The notes: generated from the letters alone by a model not told the origin. A DNA stretch of 64,000 nucleotides from Capsulimonadaceae bacterium (GCA_965246745.1 OZ251980.1:1444280-1508279), one strand, 5' to 3'; positions 18,660 through 28,488 are shown, counted from the first letter of the stretch. Translations and numbers: made by a program.

Positions 18660-18927
18660 CCCTGCCCCAAGACACAAAAACGCCCGGCCCTGCGCTTACG
18701 CGTAAGGCCGGACGTACCGCCGCGCGTGGGCTTTAGTGCCGACGATGGGGAAAGCTGCCGTCGAGCCGGACGGAGACATCGTTCGGGATGGAAGGGCGAC
18801 AATCTTTGCAGGGAGCGGGCTTGCCGTTATCCGTGACGCTGCCGCCGATGTTTGTGATGCGGCAGGAGCCGGCGCGGTCGCTCGGCAGCGAGTGCTGCAT
18901 TCATTGCAGCACCGCCTGCGCTCGGTG

Positions 18928-19710
18928 TCAAGGGATGTTTTTGCTGTTTTTCGAATCCGCCGCTTTGGCGGCGCGGCGGACGGCCATCACGGCGACATCG
19001 TCGGAGAAGCGGCCTCGGCAGAAGGCGGACACTTGACGCAGGAGGCTTTGGATCAGGCGGCGGGGGGGCAGCGCGGCGAGACGGGCGAAGAGGGCTTTGA
19101 GGCGGGGCAGGCCGAGCCAGTCGAGGCGCGACTGCGGCGGGCGGGCATCGGACACGCCGTCGGTGTAAAGCAGCAGCGTGCCGCCGGGCGGCAGGGTGGC
19201 CGAGTGCTCCTCAAAGCGGGTCATGGCGGGCGGGAACGCCCCGACCGGCGGGCCGGTGCCTTCCAGCTCCTGCACGGCGTCGGGGCTTTGGGCATCGGCG
19301 GGGGCGATCAAGGCCGGCTCGTGGCCGCCGCTGGCGTAGACCAATCGGCCGGTGCCGGACTCAAGGGTCCCGACAAACACGGTGCCGAAGCCCTCAAAGT
19401 TCGGGTCCGGCTCGATCATGGCATTGACGGCGGACAGGGTTTGGGCGGGGGAAAAGCCGACCGAAAGGCAGTCGGACAGCAGCTCGCGCATGTGCTCGGC
19501 CTGCAATGCCTGCTCGGGGCCGTGCCCGGCCACGTCGCCGATGACTACGGCGACCTCGCTGCTCGCCCCGGCGTCCAGCAGAAACGCCGCGTGGAAGTCG
19601 CCGCCCGACGGCGGGGTGGCGGGGATGTCGGCATACGCCGCGCTGTATTCGGGGGTTAAAGTCTGCGCTCCCGGAGTCAGCGGTATATCGGTCGTGGGAG
19701 GCGTGTCCAT
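18928..19710 (-). CDS. PP2C-family serine phosphatase (SpoIIE/RsbU-like)
   Basis: From the internal ATG at 19710 it reads MDTPPTT... The motifs FLLDAGASSEVAVVIGDVAGHGPEQALQAEHMRE and GTLLLYTDGV are present. The longer 473 aa ORF in the track is a GC artefact that overlaps the upstream GT2 gene. Confidence 0.8.
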   Translation of the reverse strand: MDTPPTTDIPLTPGAQTLTPEYSAAYADIPATPPSGGDFHAAFLLDAGASSEVAVVIGDVAGHGPEQALQAEHMRELLSDCLSVGFSPAQTLSAVNAMIEPDPNFEGFGTVFVGTLESGTGRLVYASGGHEPALIAPADAQSPDAVQELEGTGPPVGAFPPAMTRFEEHSATLPPGGTLLLYTDGVSDARPPQSRLDWLGLPRLKALFARLAALPPRRLIQSLLRQVSAFCRGRFSDDVAVMAVRRAAKAADSKNSKNIP

Positions 19711-19718
19711 GTCTTTGA

Positions 19719-20864
19719 TTATAACACAGGTTCGGTGATTGTGCCAGCGGCGAACAAAACGCGCGTCAGGGCGGCCCCGGAGCCAAGCTCGGCTTGAGCG
19801 CCTTCCAGATACCGGACATTGTAAATCACCGACAGCGCGGCAAAGGCCGGGCCGGCCCGGCGCAGGCGGTAGGCGGCGCGGGCGGCCGGCAGCAGCAGCG
19901 CCCGCAGCGGTGCGCCGAGGCGCGGGGCGGCCAGAACGACGCGGGCCAGCAGGCGGGTGGCGCGATTGCGGGCGGCGTAGCCGTGCCGCACGGTGTCCCA
20001 CGACGTGTCCCCGCGCTGCGCCCGGACCACATCCAGGCGGCCATACGCAAACGGCACGGCGAGCCACGACGCAAACTTCCGGCGGGGCCGGTGGATGCCC
20101 CGCGCGTCGGGCGCGTACACAAACTCGACGCCGCGCTGTTTTTCGAGCCGCACGGCCAGCTCGACATCTTCCTGACGCGGGAACTGCTCGTCGAAGCCCC
20201 CGACGGCGACCAGGTGCCGGCGGCGCACGGACGCATTTCCCGAGTAAAAGTGATGCGGCCCGCAGCCGTCCCACTCGCCGGTGCGCCAGGCCGTGTACTG
20301 CTTTTCCAGCATCGCGTGCTCCCACGCAATCCACACCGGCTCCTGCCACAAAAGCGCCGGGTCGGGCACCATCGGCGCAATCACGACTGCCGTGTCGCGG
20401 CCGGCATGCCGGGCGGCATGGACCGCTAGAAACTCGGGGGCCGGCTCCACATCGTCGTCGAGAAACACGACAATCTCGCCCTGCGCTTCTTCAATGCCGT
20501 GGTTGCGGGCGCGGGCCGGACCGGCGTTCGCTTGGAACACGGGTCGCAGCGCAAACGGCGCGGCGCGGGCGTACTCGGCCAGAAACGCGTCGGTGCCGTC
20601 CGTGCTGCCGTCGGAAACCACCACCGCCTCAAACTGCGCGGCGGGAAACGTCTGCCGGGCCAGGCCGTCCAGCGTTTTTTGCAGGCTGTCCCGGCGGTTG
20701 AAAGTCGGGATGACGACGGACAGGAGCGGCCCCCCCGCCCCAATTCTGGGGAGCCGGAGAGGAAACGAGGCTTCCACTGACTCTGTATTGCTCCCCAGAA
20801 TTGGGGTTTTATTGGGGTGGGCGGGGGGGCTATCTCCAAAAACAGGGAAGTTTGGGTCGCTCAT
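19719..20864 (-). CDS. Family 2 glycosyltransferase (GT2)
   Basis: The motifs LSVVIPTFNRRDSLQKTLDGLARQ and AVVVSDGSTDGTD and the DxD region are present. The start ATG at 20864 overlaps the stop of the upstream acyltransferase gene. The N-terminal 40 codons span a palindromic element. Confidence 0.85.
   Translation of the reverse strand: MSDPNFPVFGDSPPAHPNKTPILGSNTESVEASFPLRLPRIGAGGPLLSVVIPTFNRRDSLQKTLDGLARQTFPAAQFEAVVVSDGSTDGTDAFLAEYARAAPFALRPVFQANAGPARARNHGIEEAQGEIVVFLDDDVEPAPEFLAVHAARHAGRDTAVVIAPMVPDPALLWQEPVWIAWEHAMLEKQYTAWRTGEWDGCGPHHFYSGNASVRRRHLVAVGGFDEQFPRQEDVELAVRLEKQRGVEFVYAPDARGIHRPRRKFASWLAVPFAYGRLDVVRAQRGDTSWDTVRHGYAARNRATRLLARVVLAAPRLGAPLRALLLPAARAAYRLRRAGPAFAALSVIYNVRYLEGAQAELGSGAALTRVLFAAGTITEPVL
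20727..20830. repeat. GC-rich palindromic element, copy 1 (TIR family GCCCCCCCGCCCCAATTCTGGGGAG), inside the GT2 N-terminal coding region
   Basis: The left arm is gcccccccgccccaattctggggag and the right arm is ctccccagaattgggg...ggggtgggcgggggggc. This is the same family as the copies at 59979-60107 and 60620-60749. Confidence 0.75.
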
Positions 20865-21427
20865 GGGGTATCCAGGGTCCGAATAAACTTTGCGGGAATG
20901 CCGCCGACCAGGGTATGCGGGGCCACGTCTTTGGTGACCACCGCGCCCGCCGCCACCACTGCGCCCGCGCCGATTGTCACGCCCGGCAGGATCGTCACCG
21001 ACGCCGCAATCCACGCGCCGTCTTCAATCCGCACCGGGGCGGTTTCAACATCGCCCGCCCGAAACAGCGCCGGGCCGAGCGCATGGCCGGTCGTCACGAT
21101 CACCACATGGTGCCCGACCGCGACCCCGCTGCCGAGCGTCACCGGCCCGGCGGCGTCCAAAAACAGCGGGCTGTTGAGAAAGCAGCCTTCGCCGATTTGC
21201 AGCGTCCGGCGTGGGTCGCCGGACAAGCCGAATTGCAGCGGCCCGGCGATCAAAGTCCGCGCTCCGATCTGAAACCCCGCCAGCCGGTACAAGCGAGTCC
21301 GCAGCCGGCAGCCGACGCCGAGCGGCAGGGCATGAATGATCCCGTCCATCACGCGCAGCGTCAAAGGCCGGGTGCCGAGTTCCGAGCGCAGAACGCGCAG
21401 CAGTTTGGAAAGCCGGGTGCGGCTCAT
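20861..21427 (-). CDS. Hexapeptide-repeat (left-handed beta-helix) acyl/acetyltransferase
   Basis: The hexapeptide repeats run IGEGCFL...LGSGVAVGHHVVIVTTGH...IEDGAWIAASVTILPGVTIGAGAVVAAGAVV. Confidence 0.8.
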   Translation of the reverse strand: MSRTRLSKLLRVLRSELGTRPLTLRVMDGIIHALPLGVGCRLRTRLYRLAGFQIGARTLIAGPLQFGLSGDPRRTLQIGEGCFLNSPLFLDAAGPVTLGSGVAVGHHVVIVTTGHALGPALFRAGDVETAPVRIEDGAWIAASVTILPGVTIGAGAVVAAGAVVTKDVAPHTLVGGIPAKFIRTLDTP

Positions 21428-21451
21428 GGCTTGTCTTTCACGGCTTGTCTT

Positions 21452-21991
21452 TCACGGCTTGTCTAAAACCCGGATCAGCCGCGCCGGGACGCCCCCGACC
21501 AGAGTGTTCGGGGCTACGTCTTTGGTCACCACCGCGCCGGCCGCCACCACCGCGCCGCGCCCGACAGTGACGCCTTTCAGAACCGTCACCCGCGCCGCCA
21601 GCCAGACATCGTCTTCAATAATCACCGGCCGGGCTTCCGGCGGAACCGTGTGGTCATGGGTGGAGTGAAAATCCGTGTCCATAATCAGCGTCATGTTGCC
21701 GACCGCGCAGCGAGCGCCGATCTTGACATGCTTGGCGGCGCACAGCGACGCCCCGCTGTTGATATACGTCCCGTCGCCGATTTCCAGCACGCCGCCGGGC
21801 ATCGCCGCCAGCTCCACCGGCAGGTGGGTGGCGCGAATTCGCACTTTGCTGCCGAGGCGGATGGTGCCGGCGTTTTCCACCAATAATTTGCCCTGCACGC
21901 GCGGCCAGCGGCCCACCGATGAGCACCGGCGGGTTTTCCAGCGGCTCGACACCAGCAGCACAACGAGAGACACGGCGGCGGCAGGGGTCAT
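21452..21991 (-). CDS. Hexapeptide-repeat acetyltransferase (second copy)
   Basis: From the internal ATG at 21991 it reads MTPAAAV... The repeats are IGDGTYINSGASL...IEDDVWLAARVTVLKGVTVGRGAVVAAGAVVTKDV. Its start overlaps the GT2 stop (ATGA). Confidence 0.8.
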   Translation of the reverse strand: MTPAAAVSLVVLLVSSRWKTRRCSSVGRWPRVQGKLLVENAGTIRLGSKVRIRATHLPVELAAMPGGVLEIGDGTYINSGASLCAAKHVKIGARCAVGNMTLIMDTDFHSTHDHTVPPEARPVIIEDDVWLAARVTVLKGVTVGRGAVVAAGAVVTKDVAPNTLVGGVPARLIRVLDKP

Positions 21992-22917
21992 CGGGTCCCT
22001 TCCGGCAGCCGGTACAAGCGGGTGCGGCGGTCCACGCCGTGCCGCAGGCTCAGGGCCAGGCCCGCGCAGACGCCGCGCAGCAGGGTCAGGTCGGTGTTGG
22101 TCCGGCGCAGGGCCGCCTTCGCCCCGGCCCGCGCGGACAAATGCACCAGGGTTTGAAGGAGCCGGCGCAGCGCCCAGCCGTCGCCGCAGCGGGCATGCTT
22201 GGCAAAAAACGCCGCTTCCCCCACCCCGTAGCCGTGCAGCACCGCCAGCCAGCGGGCGGGGGTCCGCCAGGCCCGGTGGTACAATCGCAGAGACGGGCGC
22301 AGCACCGCCCGCGCCCCGGCGAGGCGCAGCCGGTACACAAAGTCCCCTTCCTCGCCTGCCGGAAACGACGCCCCCGGCCCCATCGCCGGGTCGAACAACC
22401 GCGCCCCGGCCGGCAGGCGGGCCAGCGCCGACCGGCGCAGAGCCATGTTCGCGCCCATGCCGCAGACTTCGCCGGGCCGCAGGTCGCGGGCCTCGGTGAA
22501 CGACCACGCGGGGACGCACACGCTGTCGAGGTCGGGAATGGCCGGCGACGGCAGCACCGGGCCGAACAAAATGTCGGCGTCGGGGGCGGCGGCAAACGCG
22601 GCGGCGATCTGCTCCAGCCAGTCCGGCGGCGCTTCGCAGTCGTCGTCGGTGAACGCCAGCAGGGGAGCGTCGGTCTCGGCGATGCCGAGGTCGAGGGCGC
22701 GGGACTTGCCGACGGTCGTGGTCGGCAGGTAGCGCAGCGCGGGCCGGTCCGCCGCAAGGCGCTCGGCGACCTGCCGGGTCTCGTCGTTGTCGCTTTGGTC
22801 CACCAGCACCAGGTCCCAGTCGCCGCGCAGGCAGGCCAGCACGGTCGGCAGGCACAGCGCCACATCTTCGGGCCGGTTTCGGGTGCAGATGATCACGGAA
22901 AGTTTCGGCGTCGTCAT
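21988..22917 (-). CDS. Family 2 glycosyltransferase (GT2), second copy
   Basis: It starts MTTPKLSVIICTRNRPEDVALCLP and also carries LLAFTDDDCEAPPDWL. The start is at 22917. Confidence 0.85.
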   Translation of the reverse strand: MTTPKLSVIICTRNRPEDVALCLPTVLACLRGDWDLVLVDQSDNDETRQVAERLAADRPALRYLPTTTVGKSRALDLGIAETDAPLLAFTDDDCEAPPDWLEQIAAAFAAAPDADILFGPVLPSPAIPDLDSVCVPAWSFTEARDLRPGEVCGMGANMALRRSALARLPAGARLFDPAMGPGASFPAGEEGDFVYRLRLAGARAVLRPSLRLYHRAWRTPARWLAVLHGYGVGEAAFFAKHARCGDGWALRRLLQTLVHLSARAGAKAALRRTNTDLTLLRGVCAGLALSLRHGVDRRTRLYRLPEGTR

Positions 22918-24371
22918 GCCCCGGCCTTTCTTTTGAGTATCTGCTGCACCATCTGGACATCCGACGGGTGCAGGCAGCGCAGCAGCCAGCACAGCGGCAC
23001 ATACGCAAGCAGGCCGGGCGTTAAAAACACCAGGTCGCTGCGGGAATGAACAAAATAAAACAAGCCGACCAGCGGCAGCGCCGCCGCCGACGCCTTGCCG
23101 AGCGTGCCGAGGTTTTGCAGCGTCACAAAGCCCGGCGGCAGGGCACGCAGGTATGCCGCCACCATGTACGCTTCAATCAGCGCGTCGCCCAAAATCGCCC
23201 CGAGAGCGCCGTTGTGCAGCCAGCGCTGGGACGCATAAATCAGCGCCCCGGTCAGCGGAATGCAGATCACCGCCGAGATCGCCGTCACGCGGCTCAGGGC
23301 CGCCTGCCGGTCGCTGGCGATCAGCGCAGTTCCGACCGCCTGGCTCAGAAACCACAAAATAATCGCCGCGCCGAGGATCATCAGCACCGGCGCGGCGGGC
23401 GCAAACCCGGCCATGTCGTGCGTCACCAGCGCAATGATCCGGCCCGGCGCCATCACCAGCACGGCGGCGAACGGCACGGCGCAGATCACGATAAAATTGA
23501 ACATCCGCTGGGTTGCGCCCTCAAACGCCGCCCGGTCTTCGTGGTACGCCCGCGACAAGGCCGGCAGCATCGCCCCGGTCAGCGCCACCGGCAAAAACAG
23601 CGTGGTCCCGCCCAGCCGCTTCGCCAGCCCGTACCAGCCGATGGCGTCCAAAGAGCTGAGCTGCTTCAAAAGCAACGCGTCGCAGTTGCCGTACACCGCA
23701 ATAAACACGGCGGTCGTTAAAAACGGCAGTCCTTGACGCGTCAGCGACATCAGCGCCGCCCGCGTCGGCCAGGCGACGGATTTCCAGTACGGGCCGAACG
23801 CCGACGCATTCACGGCCAGCGCGACCAGGGCGCTGACCCCGGCGGCCCCGGCAAAGGCCCACAGCGGGGCGTGCCGGTAGACCAAAAAGACGCTCAGCGC
23901 CGACAGCACCGCTTTGTCCGCCAGCGCGGCGGCGTTCTGACGCGGCACTTCCTGAAGGCCGCGCAGGGCTGACGCCAGGGCGTCGCTGAGCAGTCCGACC
24001 AAGAGCGCGGCCAGCGCGACCGTGATCAGCAAGCGCAGCGAGGCGGAGTAGCCGAGCGCCCGCGCCGCCGCCCAGCCGAGGCCGATGCAGGCCAGCCCGA
24101 GCGGCAGCCGCAGGGCCAGCGCCGCCAGGGTCAGCTCGGCAGTGCGCGACGTGTCCCGCGCAATGTCGCGGGTCAGCACCGTGGAAGTCCCGAGCGCCAT
24201 GCCGATCCCGAACACGCCGGCAAACGACGCCGCCAGGGTCAGCGCTCCCAGCCCGGCGGCCCCGACGTAGCGGGTGACGACAATCATCACGCCGAAGCTC
24301 ATGGCCCACGACAGCACCTGCGCCGCCAGGGTCGTGAGCACGTTCCGCGCCACCCGCCCCGACCGGGTCAT
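22914..24371 (-). CDS. wzx: Polysaccharide flippase (Wzx/MOP superfamily)
   Basis: About 485 aa from the ATG at 24371 (MTRSGRVARNVLTTLAAQVLSW...), with many TM helices. The 958 aa ORF in the track is an artefactual fusion with the region upstream. Confidence 0.75.
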   Translation of the reverse strand: MTRSGRVARNVLTTLAAQVLSWAMSFGVMIVVTRYVGAAGLGALTLAASFAGVFGIGMALGTSTVLTRDIARDTSRTAELTLAALALRLPLGLACIGLGWAAARALGYSASLRLLITVALAALLVGLLSDALASALRGLQEVPRQNAAALADKAVLSALSVFLVYRHAPLWAFAGAAGVSALVALAVNASAFGPYWKSVAWPTRAALMSLTRQGLPFLTTAVFIAVYGNCDALLLKQLSSLDAIGWYGLAKRLGGTTLFLPVALTGAMLPALSRAYHEDRAAFEGATQRMFNFIVICAVPFAAVLVMAPGRIIALVTHDMAGFAPAAPVLMILGAAIILWFLSQAVGTALIASDRQAALSRVTAISAVICIPLTGALIYASQRWLHNGALGAILGDALIEAYMVAAYLRALPPGFVTLQNLGTLGKASAAALPLVGLFYFVHSRSDLVFLTPGLLAYVPLCWLLRCLHPSDVQMVQQILKRKAGA

Positions 24372-24409
24372 TCCGGCATTTTCGGCGCCGGCACTGCGAA
24401 TTTCTGCGC

Positions 24410-26047
24410 TCAACGCCGGGCCTCCCGCGCCGGCGGCGCGGCAGGAGTCGGCAGGGCCGGAAGGCTCGGCAGGACAGCGACAATGCCGGACCACAGCCCG
24501 GCGAACAGCATGTCGCGGAAATTCGAGAACTGCAAGTCCAGCAGGCCGAAGATCATCAGCGCCCCGACAATCAGCATGCCGCCGAGGGCCAGCGCCTTGA
24601 TCTCCGGGTCCGCCCGCTCGCTGCGGACGGTGCGGGCGGCGCAGATCAAAATCGCCGACACCATCATCCAGAACGCCAAAAAGCCGAATGTTCCGACCCG
24701 CATCCAGACCCACAGCACTTGGTTGTGGGTCATAATGTCCCACCATTCGTACTTGGTGCTGATGTCGGCAATCGGCACGGCATGAATCATCCGCTTGCCG
24801 TAGCCGTAGCCGAGCGGCGCGGAATGGATGGTCGCCATCAGGTCGGCGTTTTCCGCATCCCGGTAAGCGTTCGAGGACGCATCGCGCGGGTCCGGCGAGA
24901 ACTGCGACTTGATGGCGCGGGCCGGCTGGGCATAGATCGCCTCGCTGTTTTTGAACGCTGAATAATAGCCGATAAACAAGGCGACCCCGAGCGCGGACAG
25001 CCAGGCAATCATTCGCCGCCGCTTCGGCAGGGCCTGGTAGGCGGCCAGCACCAGCACCGGCACAATAATGATAAACGCCGCCGTGCCCGCCCGGCGGTTG
25101 CAGGCCAGGCTGCCCAGGATCACAAACGGCAGCAGAAACAGCATCACGCGCCGCAGTTTGGGAAACACGCCGCAAACGGCGAACGCCAGCAGCAGGGCGA
25201 CAAACGCATCGAAAAAGTACACTTCCTCGTGCGCCCCGACCCCCTGGTCGGGCAAAGGAAGGCCGTGCAGGGTGACATAGCGGCGCACGGTCAGCAGCAC
25301 GCCTTTGAGGCCGATGCAGACCACGGAAATCCACAGCAGGCCGACAAGCTGCCGGCGCTCGCGGATCATGTTGTACGCAATCAGATACGCCAGCGCGAAG
25401 TAAAGCTGCGACCGTATCTCCTGCAAAGAAATCTTGAAATCGCCGCCGGTCGCCATGCCGGCGATCCAGCCGGCCAGCACAAACCCGGTGTAAATCCCGA
25501 CCGGCCAGATCAAGGGTCCCAGCCGCACGCCCCCGGCTTTGGTGTATGCCGCCCGGAGCAGGGCGCAGACCCCGGCGATCAGCAGCACCACTTCCAGCAG
25601 GTTCAGCGGGACGGCCTTGAAATCGTTGTGCGTGTACACTTGAAAGATCGTGTTGACATTCCAAAACACCGGAATGCTGTCGGTCAGCGCGTCGGCATAC
25701 GGCTTGCCGTGCGGCCCGCTCATCTGCACCAGCTCCACCGAGCAGACGGACGCCAGCACAAAGTACAGCACCAAGCGCGGAAAGCGCCACAGCAGGATCG
25801 GCAGCAGCAGCAGGACCAGCACGATCACCGGCACGGAAATATCGTCCAGGGTCGCAAATGCCGTCGCCGCCAGCGCCGCCAGGGTGACGCCGCCGATCAG
25901 GTATTTGCGCCGCCGCTGCCGTCCGGCAGCGGCAAACTCGTCCGCCGTCGGCAGGCGCGACAGCGGAGCGCCCGCGTCCACCGCGTCGGGGATCGGCTCC
26001 CGGTCCGGCGGCGGCGCGGCAGGTTGATCGGAAAGTGTTGAGTTCAT
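24410..26047 (-). CDS. O-antigen ligase / polymerase family membrane protein (Wzy/WaaL-like)
   Basis: 545 aa polytopic membrane protein with a large loop. Its context in the polysaccharide operon supports the call. Confidence 0.65.
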   Translation of the reverse strand: MNSTLSDQPAAPPPDREPIPDAVDAGAPLSRLPTADEFAAAGRQRRRKYLIGGVTLAALAATAFATLDDISVPVIVLVLLLLPILLWRFPRLVLYFVLASVCSVELVQMSGPHGKPYADALTDSIPVFWNVNTIFQVYTHNDFKAVPLNLLEVVLLIAGVCALLRAAYTKAGGVRLGPLIWPVGIYTGFVLAGWIAGMATGGDFKISLQEIRSQLYFALAYLIAYNMIRERRQLVGLLWISVVCIGLKGVLLTVRRYVTLHGLPLPDQGVGAHEEVYFFDAFVALLLAFAVCGVFPKLRRVMLFLLPFVILGSLACNRRAGTAAFIIIVPVLVLAAYQALPKRRRMIAWLSALGVALFIGYYSAFKNSEAIYAQPARAIKSQFSPDPRDASSNAYRDAENADLMATIHSAPLGYGYGKRMIHAVPIADISTKYEWWDIMTHNQVLWVWMRVGTFGFLAFWMMVSAILICAARTVRSERADPEIKALALGGMLIVGALMIFGLLDLQFSNFRDMLFAGLWSGIVAVLPSLPALPTPAAPPAREARR

Positions 26048-26071
26048 AAAGTTGAGTTCATAAAAGCGTTT

Positions 26072-28294
26072 CTACTGTTTCGCCGCAATCCGCACCAGGG
26101 TCACCGACTGCGGGGGCAGGGCCAGCGAGCGCTTCAGCGGGGACGGCGGCAGCGCCGACACGCGGGCGGGGGCATTCTCACCGGGATTGTCGGCGGTCAA
26201 GCGCCACATCTTTACCGGGCCGGACGGCGAAAAGCCCTGCACGGTCAGCGGCGCGGTGATGGTCGCTTTTGCGGTTTTGTTGACCAAAATCAGCGTCAAG
26301 TCGCCCGTGCGGCTGTCGGTGGCGGCGTAGCACGACAGCTTGCCGGGGTCGGCGCTTGCCGCCGCGCAGGCGACATCGCCGAAGCCGGCCCCCTGCCCGT
26401 CGGCATTGCGGTACAGCTTAAACACTAAATAGGCCGGCGAGTTTTTGGGCGGGTACGCCCAGTAGTTCGCCAAAAAGATGTTTTCGCGCCCGAACACGCC
26501 CAGCGCGTCGGCGGCGGCGAGGCCGCCGCTGATGTCTTTTTCGCCGCCGAAGCTCCATTCGGTCAGCCCGATCCGTGTGCCGGGGTAGCCTGCCGCGATC
26601 CAGGTTTTGAGCCGGGGGATCAGCATGACCGGCTCGCCGATCCAGCTTTCATCGGGGTACGCCGGGTCGAACAAAGCGCGGGTGGAGCGCTCCCGCAAGG
26701 CCCGCGTCGCTTTGTCCGCCTGCCCGCCGTAGACCCCGCTGCCCTGCGGGTAGAAATGGACATCCAAAACATCGAGCGTGCGGGTCTTGGCGCGAAGGTC
26801 GTGGGCATGGACTTGTTTCAGAAACCACAGCAGAAACGGGTCGCCGCCGTGGGCTTTGCGGTCGGCAAACGAATGGAAATTGTCGTCGCCCCGGTCGAGC
26901 GCCGAATAATTGTACCCGGTCCAGCCCCACGACACCGGCCCGGTGACCAATGCCGCCGGGTCCACGGCTTTGGTCGCCGAAGCATAGTCCAAGTAATTAT
27001 GCAGGACATCGCCGTAGCCCATGCGGGCGGGGTGAACATCGGTGTGGGTCACATCCCACAAATCCGGCTCGTTGTCCATGGCGTAAAACTGCACGCCGCC
27101 GCTGCCCGCCGGGCCGAACGTCTTTTTCAGGTGCGCGATCCATTCGTCCTGGTAAACAATCTCGCCGGCCGCCGGGGGGGCGTCCGAAAACGGCGCGTTT
27201 TTGCGGGCGACGGACTGTACACTGGTGCGGCGGCGGTTTTCGGACGGATTGTACCCGGCGGTTTTGTCGGACGGCGGCACCCCGGCGGACTGGTGGCTGT
27301 TGTCGCTGTCGCGGGCCACCCAGCCCAGGGTCGGCACGGTCAGCAGCGTCGCCGCGCCCCGCGCCTTGTTGCCCTGCACAAACCTGTCGGCGGCGGACGA
27401 CGGCCCCGGCGGGACGGACGCGTCGGACGCGTACCGATTGCGGAATTCCCAGTCCCGCGCGGCGTTGTCGGCGTTGCCCTGCACCCAGTTGTAGCGCGAC
27501 TTGTCGTTGCCGCCCCAGCGGTTCACGGTGAGCTTCAGGTCGGCCAGGTAATCATCGGGCGCAAACGCCATGCCGTAAATATAGGGCGAGATCGGGTGCC
27601 GGCCCGCGCCGGCATTGACCGTGACGGCCACAGTCGCCGCCGTCGGCGCAGGCGGAATGGAGAAATCGGGCAGCAGCGAAATCTCGTCGAGAACCACCGG
27701 CTCGGACGCATCCTGCCGGGGCTGAAAAACAAGGCCGGTGATGGCCTCGCCGCCGCGCGGAGCGCCGAGGTCGGCCAGCGGCACCCGGAGCCGGTGCCAG
27801 CCGGGCAGATGATTGGGGTCCGGGGACAGATACCGGCTCATCGGCACGGCGTCGCCGAACTTGCCGCTGCTGTCTACCAAACACACTTTCGCGGTCGTGT
27901 CGCCCGCAACAAACGCCGTCAGGGCCGCGTACCCGCCGGTGCTGTACGGGTCATGGTGCAGGTACACCCCCCGGTTGCCGCCGGGCGAGAGCGAAATCGC
28001 AAACTGCCCCGTGTGGACAGGCGAAGTGGATTTCAGCGTGCGCGTTCCCCACGACCAGTCCTGCCAACCGTCGCCAAGCGCATCGGTGTAAACGGTCAGC
28101 GGCCCGTCGGCCCGCTCCGCCGGCAGCGCCGCCGCCATCGCCCCCTGCCCCTTGACCGCGTGATACAGCTGCGCCGCCGCCTGGTGCCAGCGCCCGTGCC
28201 CGCCGACCGCCCGCCGCCCCACCTCGGCCCCGGTTCCCAGCACCAGCACGCCGAGACCCAAACCCACCGCTACCGAAAACCGTTTTGCTGCCAT
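26072..28294 (-). CDS. Secreted glycoside hydrolase, GH-A clan (GH44-like) with additional beta-rich domains
   Basis: 740 aa with a signal peptide. It has a putative acid/base motif (YAMDNEPDLW) and a nucleophile motif (IGLTEWSFGG). Confidence 0.55.
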   Translation of the reverse strand: MAAKRFSVAVGLGLGVLVLGTGAEVGRRAVGGHGRWHQAAAQLYHAVKGQGAMAAALPAERADGPLTVYTDALGDGWQDWSWGTRTLKSTSPVHTGQFAISLSPGGNRGVYLHHDPYSTGGYAALTAFVAGDTTAKVCLVDSSGKFGDAVPMSRYLSPDPNHLPGWHRLRVPLADLGAPRGGEAITGLVFQPRQDASEPVVLDEISLLPDFSIPPAPTAATVAVTVNAGAGRHPISPYIYGMAFAPDDYLADLKLTVNRWGGNDKSRYNWVQGNADNAARDWEFRNRYASDASVPPGPSSAADRFVQGNKARGAATLLTVPTLGWVARDSDNSHQSAGVPPSDKTAGYNPSENRRRTSVQSVARKNAPFSDAPPAAGEIVYQDEWIAHLKKTFGPAGSGGVQFYAMDNEPDLWDVTHTDVHPARMGYGDVLHNYLDYASATKAVDPAALVTGPVSWGWTGYNYSALDRGDDNFHSFADRKAHGGDPFLLWFLKQVHAHDLRAKTRTLDVLDVHFYPQGSGVYGGQADKATRALRERSTRALFDPAYPDESWIGEPVMLIPRLKTWIAAGYPGTRIGLTEWSFGGEKDISGGLAAADALGVFGRENIFLANYWAYPPKNSPAYLVFKLYRNADGQGAGFGDVACAAASADPGKLSCYAATDSRTGDLTLILVNKTAKATITAPLTVQGFSPSGPVKMWRLTADNPGENAPARVSALPPSPLKRSLALPPQSVTLVRIAAKQ

Positions 28295-28488
28295 ACAGGC
28301 ATTTTACCACGACTCGCGCCGAAGTCGCACACGCTAAAAGACAGACTACGGCGTTTTTGGAGGCGGAAAGAGGCGTGTCTGCGCGGCAGCGACCGGGTAT
28401 CGGCCAGCGATTTGCAAAGCGCGGCGCTCCAACAGCCGGTCCGGGGCATTCAAGCCGAGGAGGCGAGAGGTCACTTCACCGATTTCGG

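Noticed and set aside
16815-18677. 620 aa minus-strand ORF antisense to the outer-membrane barrel gene
   Set aside because: It is Arg/Gly-rich with no motifs. The plus-strand gene has a signal peptide and a C-terminal Phe.
18928-20349. 473 aa extended PP2C ORF
   Set aside because: The upstream 213 codons are R/P/A-rich and overlap the GT2 gene. The PP2C domain starts at the Met at 19710.
19739-23049. Several 200-376 aa plus-strand ORFs across the polysaccharide operon (19739..20701, 20801..21466, 21675..22499, 21919..23049)
   Set aside because: All are antisense to well-supported GT2, acyltransferase and flippase genes. Their compositions are GC artefacts.
22914-25790. 958 aa ORF that fuses the flippase with upstream sequence
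   Set aside because: The N-terminal 473 codons are antisense nonsense over the Wzy/ligase gene. The flippase starts at 24371.
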